This document shows positions 8,759 through 18,778 of a DNA stretch of 50,196 nucleotides, in pieces; within the stretch, counting starts at the first letter, position 1; the number at the start of each line of letters is the position of its first letter. The translations under genes were made by a program, and so were the position numbers. Source of the DNA: a virus (taxonomy: Duplodnaviria > Caudoviricetes); IMG/VR virus record IMGVR_UViG_3300048878_000408, positions 1 to 50,196 of that record. One strand, written 5' to 3'. The notes beneath the pieces are model-generated. The model was not told where the DNA came from. It ran no database searches and saw nothing but the letters and a program-made list of their open reading frames with translations.

Positions 8759-9530
8759 CACTATAGAAGCTACATTTACGGAAGACTATCTAAGGAACTG
8801 CAAGCTCGAAGATTATATAGAAGAGGGTACTCGGTCTAAATCTTGCTGGTTTAAGGCATTGCCCTCAAATATAAGTTACTGGTTATACGGTAAAGTAATA
8901 CCTTCTATTAGGGATTTAATATCTACTCTAAATCGTGAAGCTAAGTACAATCAGGAGGAATATGCCTCTTCCTGGCAGGGTACAGGAGATACACTAGTAA
9001 CTGCTAAATTTTGTCCGGGAATACAAAGCATACTAGACAATAGTCTATTAATTAAAGCTCCTGCAGATGTACATATAACCGTTTTTAGGGATGGAACCTG
9101 GACCTCAAATTCAGCTGAAGCTAGTTTAATAAAACTATCAGACGATCACCCAGTATCACAAGTACTTACTCCTTCTACTAGTACTAGTATATTTAAAGAC
9201 AGAGTATTTATAAAGTTTAAGCTACCTGTATACTTATCTTCAAACCTAACCTACGTATTCTTACAGCCACAGTACCACAATAACTATAAGGTAGAAGTTA
9301 TGAATGGAGTTATACATCCACCTCATAGCCAACAACACTATTTAAATATTATAGGTGCTGTAACCCCCGACCCTGAAAAAGACTACGATATTAGAATAAA
9401 TAAAGGGGATATATTAGCGTACCTATGGGCTCCTACTAAATTGAGACTAAAGTACGGGCATAGAGAGGTACTTGGATTACATAGAAGTACCTTTGCTAAT
9501 TCTATTGACATTTCAACTAAGGAGAAGTAA
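8742..9530 (+). CDS. Hypothetical protein inserted between primase and polymerase
   Basis: 262-aa ORF, AAGGAG RBS; TAKFCPG....L.N...IKAPAD and INKGDILAY motifs resembling ORF 1..738. Confidence 0.75.
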   Translation: MMRRTSTIEATFTEDYLRNCKLEDYIEEGTRSKSCWFKALPSNISYWLYGKVIPSIRDLISTLNREAKYNQEEYASSWQGTGDTLVTAKFCPGIQSILDNSLLIKAPADVHITVFRDGTWTSNSAEASLIKLSDDHPVSQVLTPSTSTSIFKDRVFIKFKLPVYLSSNLTYVFLQPQYHNNYKVEVMNGVIHPPHSQQHYLNIIGAVTPDPEKDYDIRINKGDILAYLWAPTKLRLKYGHREVLGLHRSTFANSIDISTKEK

Positions 9531-9531
9531 T

Positions 9532-11796
9532 ATGGCAACGATAGCGATAGTTGATAAAGCACCCAGTGCTGTTAATTATAGTAGATATTTTAATTTTGAA
9601 TTTGATAACTATCATTTATCCTCTAAGAAAGTCAAGAAGCTACTAAAGAAAGATGTGGACTTAGAGTTTGACTCTGATTCTTATGAGTATGTTATTTTGA
9701 TAGGCTCTGAGGCGGCTAAGTTTATTGGAGGGATTGGATCAGTTACAGAGTTTGCAGGTCATTTAGTAGATGATAAGTTTATACCTATGATTAACCCTGC
9801 CATGCTTAGTTTCAAACCAGAGGCAAAGCCTTTATTTGATAGAGCGTGTGAAAAGTTACATAATTATGTGTCGGGGGAGAAGCCACCGACAGTTACCGGA
9901 GATTTTGAGGGGATAGTAGATGAAGAAAGGGCTAATGAATATCTTAGATCAGTACTTGAGGATGATGCAGTTAAATTTATTGCGTGTGACACGGAAACAA
10001 CGGCTTTATACCCGAGAGACGGTCACATACTGGGCATTAGCATTTCACATAAGAGTAAACAAGGTGTTTACATATCTACCGAGTGTATTGGAGAAGACAC
10101 TGAAAGACTTATGCAAGATTTGTTCTCCAGTAGACTAGTAGTATTCCACAACGCTAAATTCGACTTAAAGATGCTTGAGTATCACTTTGATTTCAAGTTT
10201 CCAAATGTATCAGACACAATGCTAATGCATTATGTTTTGGATGAGACACAAGGATCTCACGGACTTAAACAACTTGCAATGAAGTACACAGACTACGGCG
10301 ACTACGATAGAGCTTTAGACGAGTTTAAAACTCAGTACTGTAGGGAACATAAGATATTAAAAGGAGATTTTAGTTACGATTTAATACCTTTTGATATCAT
10401 GTACCCATACGCTGCAATCGATACTGCAGTAACTTATGACTTATATCAGATGTTTGTAAAAAAGATTGTAAAAAATGTTCAACTAAAGAAGGTTTATAAG
10501 GAACTGATGGTTCCAGGTATGCTTTTCTTGAAAGATGTTGAAGAGAATGGAGTACCTTTTGACCTACCAAGGTTACAAAAGGTACAAGGCTTAATGGAGA
10601 CAGAAATCCAAGAAGCAAAAGAGAAATTATATGGATATAAAGAAGTACACACGTTTGAGGAAGAGCAGGGTAAAGTCTTCAACCCTAATAGTACGCAGCA
10701 GCTCAGGGTACTTTTGTTTGACTACCTTGGGCTTACTCCTACTGGGAAGCTCACTGGTACTGGGGCTGCTTCTACTGATGCGGAAGTTTTAAAGAAACTA
10801 GCAGAAGAGCACTCTATCCCCGGAGTAATCTTAGATATTAGGCAGAAGTCTAAAATTAAGAATACATACTTGGATAAAATTATACCTGCTTTAGATAAGG
10901 ATAGTAGAATTAGAACAGGTTTTAATCTAACTTCAACTACTTCGGGTAGACTATCTAGTTCTGGTAAGATTAATATGCAACAACTCCCTAGAGATAATGC
11001 AGCAGTTAAAGGGTGTATTAAAGCAAAACCAGGATACAAGATATTACAGCAAGATTTAGCGACTGCAGAAGTATATGTAGCGGCTATCCTAAGTGACGAC
11101 AAGAAGCTACAAGATGTATTTAAGAGTGGAGGAGACTTACACTCTACAGTGGCTAAAATGGTGTTTCAGCTACCTCACGATGTAGCCGATATTAAGAATG
11201 AAGCTCCTACACAGAGGCAGGCTGCTAAAGCTATTACATTCGGTATTATGTATGGGTCTGGCCCCGCTAAGGTGGCAGAAACTGTTACTAAAGAGAGTGG
11301 CAAGCCCTTCTCGGTACAACAAGCGAAAGATACAATCGCTAAGTACTTCAGAACTTTTCCTAGACTAAAGGATTGGTTACAAATGTCTAAGGAGGACATC
11401 GAAGCAAATGGATATATCTACAGTATTCTCGGACGTAAGCGTCGTCTTGGCAACGTATTTAGTAATGACAAGGGTGTTGCATCACACGAAGTGCGCAGCG
11501 GTATTAATTTCCTTATCCAGTCTGTGGCTAGTGACATTAATCTTCTCGCTGGAATAGAACTAAATCAATGGATTAAAGATAATGAGGTTGATGCTAAAAT
11601 CATAGCGCTAGTTCATGACTCTCTAGTATTAGAAGTAGCAGATAAGGATATTGAAGAAGTTTCTAAAGTTATGGCGGAGTTTACTCAGAAAGATAGAGGG
11701 TGCTCTATACCCGGGCAACCAATTGGAGTAGACCTAGATATTGGAGAAGACTATGCCTTCGGAAAATTTGACAAACAGTACCCAGAGTTTCTCTAG
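9532..11796 (+). CDS. Family A DNA polymerase with 3'-5' exonuclease (T5-like)
   Basis: AAGGAG RBS before ATG 9532 (MATIAIVDK); ExoI DTET, HNAKFD, YAAID; GRLSS, QDLATAE, RQAAKAITFGIMYG, VHDS. Confidence 0.97.
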   Translation: MATIAIVDKAPSAVNYSRYFNFEFDNYHLSSKKVKKLLKKDVDLEFDSDSYEYVILIGSEAAKFIGGIGSVTEFAGHLVDDKFIPMINPAMLSFKPEAKPLFDRACEKLHNYVSGEKPPTVTGDFEGIVDEERANEYLRSVLEDDAVKFIACDTETTALYPRDGHILGISISHKSKQGVYISTECIGEDTERLMQDLFSSRLVVFHNAKFDLKMLEYHFDFKFPNVSDTMLMHYVLDETQGSHGLKQLAMKYTDYGDYDRALDEFKTQYCREHKILKGDFSYDLIPFDIMYPYAAIDTAVTYDLYQMFVKKIVKNVQLKKVYKELMVPGMLFLKDVEENGVPFDLPRLQKVQGLMETEIQEAKEKLYGYKEVHTFEEEQGKVFNPNSTQQLRVLLFDYLGLTPTGKLTGTGAASTDAEVLKKLAEEHSIPGVILDIRQKSKIKNTYLDKIIPALDKDSRIRTGFNLTSTTSGRLSSSGKINMQQLPRDNAAVKGCIKAKPGYKILQQDLATAEVYVAAILSDDKKLQDVFKSGGDLHSTVAKMVFQLPHDVADIKNEAPTQRQAAKAITFGIMYGSGPAKVAETVTKESGKPFSVQQAKDTIAKYFRTFPRLKDWLQMSKEDIEANGYIYSILGRKRRLGNVFSNDKGVASHEVRSGINFLIQSVASDINLLAGIELNQWIKDNEVDAKIIALVHDSLVLEVADKDIEEVSKVMAEFTQKDRGCSIPGQPIGVDLDIGEDYAFGKFDKQYPEFL

Positions 11797-12268
11797 TATA
11801 CACTGGCCTGTTTGGATTATACGCCATCACGAGCATATAGGAGCAGGCTTAGTAACAGATAGATATGGTATAAGAAGGATAGACTTAGAAGATAAGACCC
11901 TATCCTTCCCTATGCGTAGAGTTGCTATTACGAAGTTAAAAGACTATAAAGTATACCCGCTAAGGAAAGCTATATGGAACTTTAAAGACTTACTAGCCTC
12001 TAAGATGTTGCACTTTATTGATTTCAAAGGTAGTATATACAACTATAAGAAAAGTGTGTTCCACCCATTAGTATATAGAAGAATTATATCTAAGAAGTAC
12101 ACAGACACAACCACGATCTTTAGGGTTAAAGGGGTGCCTGCTTTCTTTGAAGTAGCAGGTAAACTTAACCTAGAAGCTGAGTACGCGGGCCTTCTTTATA
12201 TTGATAGAGGTTATTTACTGTATGAAGTAACTACTGAGAAATTAAAAGACACTACGAGGAAGATATGA
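11741..12268 (+). CDS. Conserved T5-like hypothetical protein downstream of polymerase
   Basis: 175-aa ORF, I.WPV...R, FID.KG, YAGLL...GYLLYE......DT.RKI; start may be a few codons later. Confidence 0.7.
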   Translation: MEKTMPSENLTNSTQSFSSIHWPVWIIRHHEHIGAGLVTDRYGIRRIDLEDKTLSFPMRRVAITKLKDYKVYPLRKAIWNFKDLLASKMLHFIDFKGSIYNYKKSVFHPLVYRRIISKKYTDTTTIFRVKGVPAFFEVAGKLNLEAEYAGLLYIDRGYLLYEVTTEKLKDTTRKI

Positions 12269-12510
12269 GTGTATACGCTAAGGAAGAACGGTGGGTACAT
12301 ACACTAAAATATATTAGTGCTACTATTATAATAAGTGCTATGTTCTTACATGCTTTTGATCTGTTCCCCTATAATATAATAGTACATATTATAGGGGCTA
12401 TACTATGGACTATAGTAGGCTTTAAATGGAAGGAGCCTTCTATTCTATTAAACTTTCTTCCACAAATATTAATCTTAGGTGCTGGGTTAATTTACGAGTT
12501 TTTATTATGA
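12265..12510 (+). CDS. Small multi-pass membrane protein
   Basis: 81 aa, three hydrophobic segments, ATGA overlaps on both sides. Confidence 0.75.
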   Translation: MSVYAKEERWVHTLKYISATIIISAMFLHAFDLFPYNIIVHIIGAILWTIVGFKWKEPSILLNFLPQILILGAGLIYEFLL

Positions 12511-13808
12511 GCGGAAAAGCAATCTTATCAAACAGAATCTATATGTCCGCTGACGCTAAACGACAGAAGCTTATAGACCAGGAATTGACCTATTCAATTC
12601 CTTCTTATAACCCCATGGAGCCTCCTACTATAATTAAGAATATGGGCAGGATTAGTAGTAAGCTAATAACAGTTCCTATGGGTAGAATTGATTTAATACC
12701 TGAGGACTTTGAGATAATTGATAAAAGGACTTTAGTGCCGGTAACTTTTCCCGATTTCAAATTTGACCTTCGGGATAGTCAGGCTAAAGTTCATGCCGAG
12801 GTTAACGACAATGCAATTATTAATGCTTTTGTAAGTTGGGGTAAGACTTTTACAGCGATAGCAATTGCAGCCAAGTTAGGGCAGAAAACTCTAATTGTAG
12901 TTCATACATTGGCGTTAAGAAAGCAGTGGGAAGATGAGATAGAAAAGTGTTTGGGCATCGTACCCGGAGTCATTGGAAGTGGAAAGTTCGATACTGACCC
13001 AATAATTGTTGTATCTAATGTACAGACTCTTGGAAAGAAAATGTCAGAAATTCAAAAGATGTTTGGAACAATTATACTGGACGAAATGCATCACGTAAGC
13101 GCGCCTACCTTTTCTAAGATAATTGATAAGTGCAGCGCGAGGTATAAAATAGGACTAAGCGGTACACTTCAACGTAAGGACGGTAAACATATTATATTTA
13201 ATGATTACTTTGGATATGATGTTCACCAACCTCCTAAGGAGAACTATATAACTCCTAGAGTTGTGTTAGTTAAGTCGGAGACGCGTTTCCCCGATAGTGC
13301 AAAACTTCCCTGGGCTAAGAGAGTTAACCAGGTGGCATATGATGAGAACTACCAGAAGATGATTGCACAACTTGCTTCGGTATACGCAGCAAAAGGCCAT
13401 AAAGTATTGGTAGTAAGTGATAGGGTCCAATTTTTGAACAGGTGCGCCGACCTAACCGGAAATAATGCAATATGTATTACAGGAGAGCTACCACATGAAC
13501 AAAGAGATGAAGAGTTGAACAAGATTAGAAATGGAGAAGCAGATATCCTATACGGGTCACAAAGCATCTTTAGTGAGGGTATTTCAGTTAATGAGCTTAG
13601 TTGCCTCATTTTGGGTACTCCAATCAATAATGAGCCTCTATTAACCCAGCTAATAGGTAGAGTTATTAGGAAAATGGAAGGTAAGATACAACCCGTAGTA
13701 ATAGATATACACTTAAAGGGCAATACTGCTGCACGACAAGCTAAAGCGCGTTCAGCAGTATATATTAAACAAGGCTACGATATAAAAGTAGTAGCAGGAG
13801 GTAACTAA
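12507..13808 (+). CDS. D10: D10-like SF2 ATP-dependent helicase
   Basis: Start at ATGA overlap (MSGKAILSNR); WGKT, DEMH, GLSGT, SEGIS, QLIGRVIR. Confidence 0.93.
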   Translation: MSGKAILSNRIYMSADAKRQKLIDQELTYSIPSYNPMEPPTIIKNMGRISSKLITVPMGRIDLIPEDFEIIDKRTLVPVTFPDFKFDLRDSQAKVHAEVNDNAIINAFVSWGKTFTAIAIAAKLGQKTLIVVHTLALRKQWEDEIEKCLGIVPGVIGSGKFDTDPIIVVSNVQTLGKKMSEIQKMFGTIILDEMHHVSAPTFSKIIDKCSARYKIGLSGTLQRKDGKHIIFNDYFGYDVHQPPKENYITPRVVLVKSETRFPDSAKLPWAKRVNQVAYDENYQKMIAQLASVYAAKGHKVLVVSDRVQFLNRCADLTGNNAICITGELPHEQRDEELNKIRNGEADILYGSQSIFSEGISVNELSCLILGTPINNEPLLTQLIGRVIRKMEGKIQPVVIDIHLKGNTAARQAKARSAVYIKQGYDIKVVAGGN

Positions 13809-14434
13809 TGAAAGAAGTAACATTTAGCAACACTATCCTTCAAAATGTAGAAATATGGGAACATCCGGAGTTTAGATATATAAATATACATAAAAGTGGT
13901 AGTAGTACAGTACGTAAGTGTATAGAGTCCGACACTACTATAGATAGCATTGATGCTGATAGAGTTATCTGGACAGTACTACGAGATCCATATGATAGAT
14001 TTATAGACGCACTATCATATGATCTAAAGTACGTAGGATTGGATGTATCTGTCGCTACTATACTTAAAATTTTGAAAGGAAAGGGGTTAGAGGACTATAT
14101 ATTCGGACTATCAAACATCGAATTTAGGGGTAGAGGTACTGTAAGGCACTCCATGCTTCAGACAACCTACTTACTAGATCCAATGATAGATATATATGTA
14201 GACGTCAATGACCTGGATGCTTTCTGTGCTATACACTTCCCTAAGGTAGAAATATCCGAAGGGGGTGAGAATACTGGAGTTAGTGACCATCGGGGTATTT
14301 TAGCAGCTGTACTTGACAATCATCCTACCTTAAAAACCAGGATTATGGATATGTTACAGATTGACTACTATATGTTAAGAAGACTAGATGCATTAGATAA
14401 GCGATGGCACTGGGCTAATGGTAGAATATTTTAA
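13808..14434 (+). CDS. Sulfotransferase-family protein
   Basis: 5'-PSB motif YINIHKSGSSTVR and 3'-PB motif TVLRDPYDRF; H...Q..YL. Confidence 0.8.
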   Translation: MKEVTFSNTILQNVEIWEHPEFRYINIHKSGSSTVRKCIESDTTIDSIDADRVIWTVLRDPYDRFIDALSYDLKYVGLDVSVATILKILKGKGLEDYIFGLSNIEFRGRGTVRHSMLQTTYLLDPMIDIYVDVNDLDAFCAIHFPKVEISEGGENTGVSDHRGILAAVLDNHPTLKTRIMDMLQIDYYMLRRLDALDKRWHWANGRIF

Positions 14435-14451
14435 CTATGAAAAAATAATAC

Positions 14452-14480
14452 TTGACAAACTGGTTAAATATTGGTATAAT
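14452..14480 (+). promoter_or_regulatory. Sigma70 consensus promoter with UP element
   Basis: AAAAAATAATAC-TTGACA 14452-14457, 17-nt spacer, TATAAT 14475-14480. Confidence 0.9.
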
Positions 14481-14505
14481 ATATATTCTAAAATGGAGAT
14501 TTAAG

Positions 14506-14904
14506 TTGATATTTTACGACTGGGAAAAGGTGCTTAAACTTAGCAAGGGCAATACAAAAAATACAATAAGGTTTATGGTTATCTATACCTATAGTATTAA
14601 AATGCCTAAAAAGAATAAAAGTTTAAACAAGTTTTACGGACAAGATATAACCGGAGATAGTTTTTTACTAAATCCTAAAGCGATATTTAAGAATAAACTT
14701 CAAGTAACTCTAGAACAGATGGTTGCCTATATGGAACTAGCAAGTTATAGAAATTACTTAGATTATAAGTGGCAGGGGGTAACAACCCTACCATATAGAT
14801 ACACAGAGATAACTCGGAAAGATATAGAGGACAATCCTTTATTAGAACTTGATGAGCAAGATAATATAACATTTTATTACGAGGAAAAAGAATATGGCAA
14901 TTAA
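14506..14904 (+). CDS. Conserved T5-like hypothetical protein upstream of D11
   Basis: GGAGA RBS then TTG 14506 (MIFYDWEKV); G.SFLLNP, Y..LAS.RNY.DY, NPLL.......F.YE. Confidence 0.75.
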   Translation: MIFYDWEKVLKLSKGNTKNTIRFMVIYTYSIKMPKKNKSLNKFYGQDITGDSFLLNPKAIFKNKLQVTLEQMVAYMELASYRNYLDYKWQGVTTLPYRYTEITRKDIEDNPLLELDEQDNITFYYEEKEYGN

Positions 14905-15535
14905 ATTTGGCAATGTAACAGGTAAAGCAAAGAAGTCTTCAGTAGACGCATACACATATAAAGAAGGCAACAATGTTGTTCGCATAGTAGGAGATGTTCT
15001 TCCTAGATATGTTTATTGGGTAACAACAGCAGATGGTAAGCGCGTTCCTATGGAATGCTTAGGGTTTGATAGAGATAAAGAACAATTTACAAATATTGAG
15101 AAGGATTGGGTAAGACACTACCATACAGACATGAAATGCTCATGGGCGTACGCAGTACAGTGTATTGACCCAGACGATGGTAAGGTTAAAGTACTAAACC
15201 TTAAAAAGAAACTATTTGAAGCAGTAATGGTTGCAGCGGAAGATTTAGGTGACCCTACAGATACAACAACTGGTTGGGACTTAGCTTTCAAGAAGCAAAA
15301 GACCGGCCCACTACCGTTTAATGTAGAGTATACTTTACAAGTATTAAAGTGTAAAGTACGCGCTTTAGATGACTCTGAAATGGAAGCTATTAAAGAGCTA
15401 CCTAATATTGACGATGTTATTAGTCGCCCATCAGCAGACCAACAGAAGGAGTTCATTGAAACCAGAATTCTAGAGAATGTTAGTCCAACTAATATACCAG
15501 CGGAAGTTGCAGAAGAAGTTACTGAACTACTATAA
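14894..15535 (+). CDS. D11: D11-like ssDNA-binding protein
   Basis: G.NVVRIVG.VLPRYVYW, CSWAY....ID..DGKVK...LKKK, GDPTD...GWD, GP..FNVEY. Confidence 0.9.
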   Translation: MAIKFGNVTGKAKKSSVDAYTYKEGNNVVRIVGDVLPRYVYWVTTADGKRVPMECLGFDRDKEQFTNIEKDWVRHYHTDMKCSWAYAVQCIDPDDGKVKVLNLKKKLFEAVMVAAEDLGDPTDTTTGWDLAFKKQKTGPLPFNVEYTLQVLKCKVRALDDSEMEAIKELPNIDDVISRPSADQQKEFIETRILENVSPTNIPAEVAEEVTELL

Positions 15536-15552
15536 TTAAGTAGTAAAAGGAG

Positions 15553-15575
15553 AGCCCCGTAACTGGGGCTTTTTT
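15553..15575 (+). terminator. Rho-independent terminator after D11
   Basis: AGCCCC-gtaact-GGGGCT followed by T tract. Confidence 0.85.
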
Positions 15576-15595
15576 ATCGCATAAGGAAATAACCA

Positions 15596-16531
15596 ATGAA
15601 AATTTTATTTACAGCAGATTGGCACATCAAGTTAGGTCAGAAGAGTGTACCACGAGAGTGGGCGACTAATAGATATGAATTAATGTTCAGTGAACTGTAC
15701 AAGTTGGAGAAGACGGCAGACTTACACGTTATCGGTGGAGACCTATTTGATAGGATGCCTACTCTTGATGAGTTAAGCCTATACTTCAAGTACATTAGGG
15801 ATATCGGTATAAAAACTATTATCTACCCTGGCAACCATGAAGCATTAAAGAAAAACACTACCTTTTTAACAAACTTAAAGGATGTGACTAAATCCATCAA
15901 CCCTTTAGTGGAAATTATAGATGACTATTATAAACTAGAGGATATGGATTTTATCCCTTATAATAAGTTAAAAGAGTTCGACCCTAAGGATTTTAGTGGT
16001 AGAACTTTATTTACACATGTTAGAGGAGAAATACCACCGCACGTACAACCAGAGATAGATTTGAGAAAGTTAGACGAGTGGGAGCTAGTTATAGCAGGAG
16101 ACTTACATTCTCATACCAACTCTCAACGAAATATAGTATACCCTGGTAGTCCTGTCACCACCTCCTTTCATAGAAACCCTGTAGATACAGGAGTACTATT
16201 ATTCGATAGTAAGACTATGGACTGGTCTTGGATGAAACTAAAGTTACCTCAGCTTATTAGGCAAACTGTTAGTCACCCAGATCAAATGATTAAGACTAAC
16301 TATCATCATACAATATATGAATTAGAAGGAGATGTTAGTGACTTAGTAAAAGTAGATAAAGATAATGAGTTATTAGATAAAAAACTTATTAAAAGACATA
16401 ATGATTCAGCACTTATTTTAACCTCTGATATGACTTTAGAAGATGAATTATCAGAATACTTACAATATATTATGGGATTAAATGAAAAGAAAGTTAAAGA
16501 AGTTTTAGGAGTATTTCATGATTATACTTAA
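15596..16531 (+). CDS. D12: D12-like SbcD/Mre11 recombination nuclease
   Basis: Metallophosphoesterase motifs ADWH, GGDLFD, GNHE, GDLH, YPGSP. Confidence 0.93.
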   Translation: MKILFTADWHIKLGQKSVPREWATNRYELMFSELYKLEKTADLHVIGGDLFDRMPTLDELSLYFKYIRDIGIKTIIYPGNHEALKKNTTFLTNLKDVTKSINPLVEIIDDYYKLEDMDFIPYNKLKEFDPKDFSGRTLFTHVRGEIPPHVQPEIDLRKLDEWELVIAGDLHSHTNSQRNIVYPGSPVTTSFHRNPVDTGVLLFDSKTMDWSWMKLKLPQLIRQTVSHPDQMIKTNYHHTIYELEGDVSDLVKVDKDNELLDKKLIKRHNDSALILTSDMTLEDELSEYLQYIMGLNEKKVKEVLGVFHDYT

Positions 16532-18320
16532 AAGGTTGAAATGGTCTAATTGTTTTTCGTATGGAAATGATAATAGCCTGGACTTAGAAAAAGACCTAAT
16601 AGTACAGTTAGTAGGTACTAATGGTACGGGGAAGAGTTCTATTCCTTTACTAATTGAAGAGGCTCTTTTTAATAAGAACTCTAAAGGCATTAAGAAAGTA
16701 GATATTGTTAATAGAAATAGTGACTCCAAGGGGTACAGTATATCTCTAGACTTTAGCGTAGATGATAGAGAGTATAGTATATCAGTAGATAGAACTTCTA
16801 GTATTAAAGTAGTTTTAATATGTGATGGAGAAGATATATCATCACATACTGCTACTAATACTTTCAAATCTATACAGAATGTACTAGGTATGGATTTCAA
16901 AACCTTTAGTCAATTAGTATACCAAAGCACTACTAGTTCTCTACAGTTTTTAACTGCTACAGATACTAACAGAAAAAAATTCCTTATTGAACTACTGAAT
17001 TTAGATAACTACTTGACTTTATTTGATAACTTTAAAACTGCACATAAGGAAGCGTCTAATGAAGTATCTGAAACTAGGGGTAGTATAGAAACTATTAATA
17101 GTTGGATATCTACTAACCCTATAAAAAGTACTACGAAAAAACCTTTAATAGAAGTACCAGAAGCTCCAGAAAACATAATCTCAGAAAGAGCTCTAGTAAA
17201 GTCAAAACTTGATAACATACTAGAGATTAATAGTAAGATTAATATTAATAATCAATACAAAAGTCAATTATCTGAACTTAGCGCTAATGAATTAACTAGA
17301 GAAGTTGAGATGCCCGAAGGCATTGTAGAATTAAATGAGGAGTTTACGTCTTTAAAAACTATTATTGCTCAAGCAAACGCAGTATTACGTAAAATCGAAA
17401 GTTTGGGGGACAGTTGTCCTACTTGTTTGCAAGATATTGATTCTAATAAAACAGAAGAACTGGTAGACGAGCAAAGAAGTACAGTATCAATAAGTACTAA
17501 AAGGAAGGGCGAAGTAGAAAATCTTGTAATTAATCTAAAGAAACAACTTCAAGACTATACAAAACATCAATCAACTATTGAAAAATTTGAAAAGCTATCT
17601 ACTTTAATAGATAATAAGCTGCCCCGCACTACCGAAGATAAGTTAGAATTAGAAGAAGAAATTAATAAATTTACTATCGAAATTTCTAAAAAACAAACTG
17701 AGATTAGGGATATATCATCTCAAAATAATGAAATTACAAAATTTAATACTGAACTAGACTACTTAGTCAAACAAGTAAAAGAGTTTAAACTAAAGTTACT
17801 TACTGAAGAATCTAAACTAAGGAAAACCAATGATGTATATGCTAATTTAGAAGTATTAAAGAAAGCCTTTAGTACTAATGGTTTAGTAGCGTACAAAATT
17901 GAAAATTTAGTAAAGGATTTAGAAGATTTAGTTAACCAGTATCTTGCTGAACTATCTGACGGAAGATTCGGGCTAGAATTTGTTGTTAGTAATGATAAGT
18001 TAAATGTTGTTATATCCGATGAGGGTAGAGATATTGATATTCTTGCTCTAAGTAGTGGTGAATTAGCAAGAGTTAATACTTCGACACTATTAGCTATAAG
18101 AAAATTAATGAGTACCCTATCCAAGTCTAGAATAAATGTATTATTCTTAGATGAAGTAATCGGGGTTCTTGATGATGAAGGTAGGGAGAAGCTTATTGAA
18201 GTACTATTAAAGGAGCACGACCTTAATACTTTCTTAGTATCCCATGGTTGGTCCCACCCTTTACTTAGTAAGATAAATGTTATTAAAGAGAAAAAGACGT
18301 CGAGGTTAGAATGGCAGTAG
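16518..18320 (+). CDS. D13: D13-like SbcC/Rad50 ATPase
   Basis: Walker A GTNGTGKS, zinc hook CPTC, signature LSSGE, Walker B FLDE, H-loop VSH. Confidence 0.93.
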   Translation: MIILKRLKWSNCFSYGNDNSLDLEKDLIVQLVGTNGTGKSSIPLLIEEALFNKNSKGIKKVDIVNRNSDSKGYSISLDFSVDDREYSISVDRTSSIKVVLICDGEDISSHTATNTFKSIQNVLGMDFKTFSQLVYQSTTSSLQFLTATDTNRKKFLIELLNLDNYLTLFDNFKTAHKEASNEVSETRGSIETINSWISTNPIKSTTKKPLIEVPEAPENIISERALVKSKLDNILEINSKININNQYKSQLSELSANELTREVEMPEGIVELNEEFTSLKTIIAQANAVLRKIESLGDSCPTCLQDIDSNKTEELVDEQRSTVSISTKRKGEVENLVINLKKQLQDYTKHQSTIEKFEKLSTLIDNKLPRTTEDKLELEEEINKFTIEISKKQTEIRDISSQNNEITKFNTELDYLVKQVKEFKLKLLTEESKLRKTNDVYANLEVLKKAFSTNGLVAYKIENLVKDLEDLVNQYLAELSDGRFGLEFVVSNDKLNVVISDEGRDIDILALSSGELARVNTSTLLAIRKLMSTLSKSRINVLFLDEVIGVLDDEGREKLIEVLLKEHDLNTFLVSHGWSHPLLSKINVIKEKKTSRLEWQ

Positions 18321-18778
18321 CTAATAAGAGTAAAGCTAAAGGAAGCAGGGCCGAGTCGGCCTTGTGTGTAGTTTTAAGGAAGGAAACAGGTTGGAATTGG
18401 GAGAGAATTCCTCTATCTGGGGCACTTGATGCTAAGCACGGACTTAAGGGGGACGTTTACATCCCTAAGGAGCTTATGAAGTATAGTGTTGAAGTAAAGC
18501 ACTATAAAGATGACCACCTTAACAGTAGGTTACTAACCGGTAAAACTCCTCAAATAGTTGAATGGTGGGGGCAGACTGTAAGAGAGCAGAGAGAGAATGA
18601 AGCTGAACACCCTTTACTCGTTTTCAAGTTTGATAGGAGTAAGTGGTTCTGTGCATTTTTACAAGAACCAGTTAACGACTACAGACACCTTTACTACTCG
18701 GAAGGTTTCTATTTAGCCAAGCTTGATGATTGGCTTACTGATCGCTGTAAAGACGATTGGGTCTGGAAAAGAAGTTAA
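18311..18778 (+). CDS. D14: D14-like Holliday junction resolvase (PD-(D/E)XK)
   Basis: SKAKG.R.E, ERIPLSGA, KGD, EVKHY, WW.Q, PLL.FK.DRSKW. Confidence 0.9.
   Translation: MAVANKSKAKGSRAESALCVVLRKETGWNWERIPLSGALDAKHGLKGDVYIPKELMKYSVEVKHYKDDHLNSRLLTGKTPQIVEWWGQTVREQRENEAEHPLLVFKFDRSKWFCAFLQEPVNDYRHLYYSEGFYLAKLDDWLTDRCKDDWVWKRS

Noticed and set aside
9472-9531. Upstream start for the polymerase (likewise the longer starts at 12426, 35453, 36064, 46097)
   Set aside because: Overlaps with neighbours and lacks RBS; downstream ATGs have RBS or stop-start coupling
14452-14505. TTG start of the 150-aa ORF
   Set aside because: This TTG is the -35 box; RBS-supported start is TTG 14506
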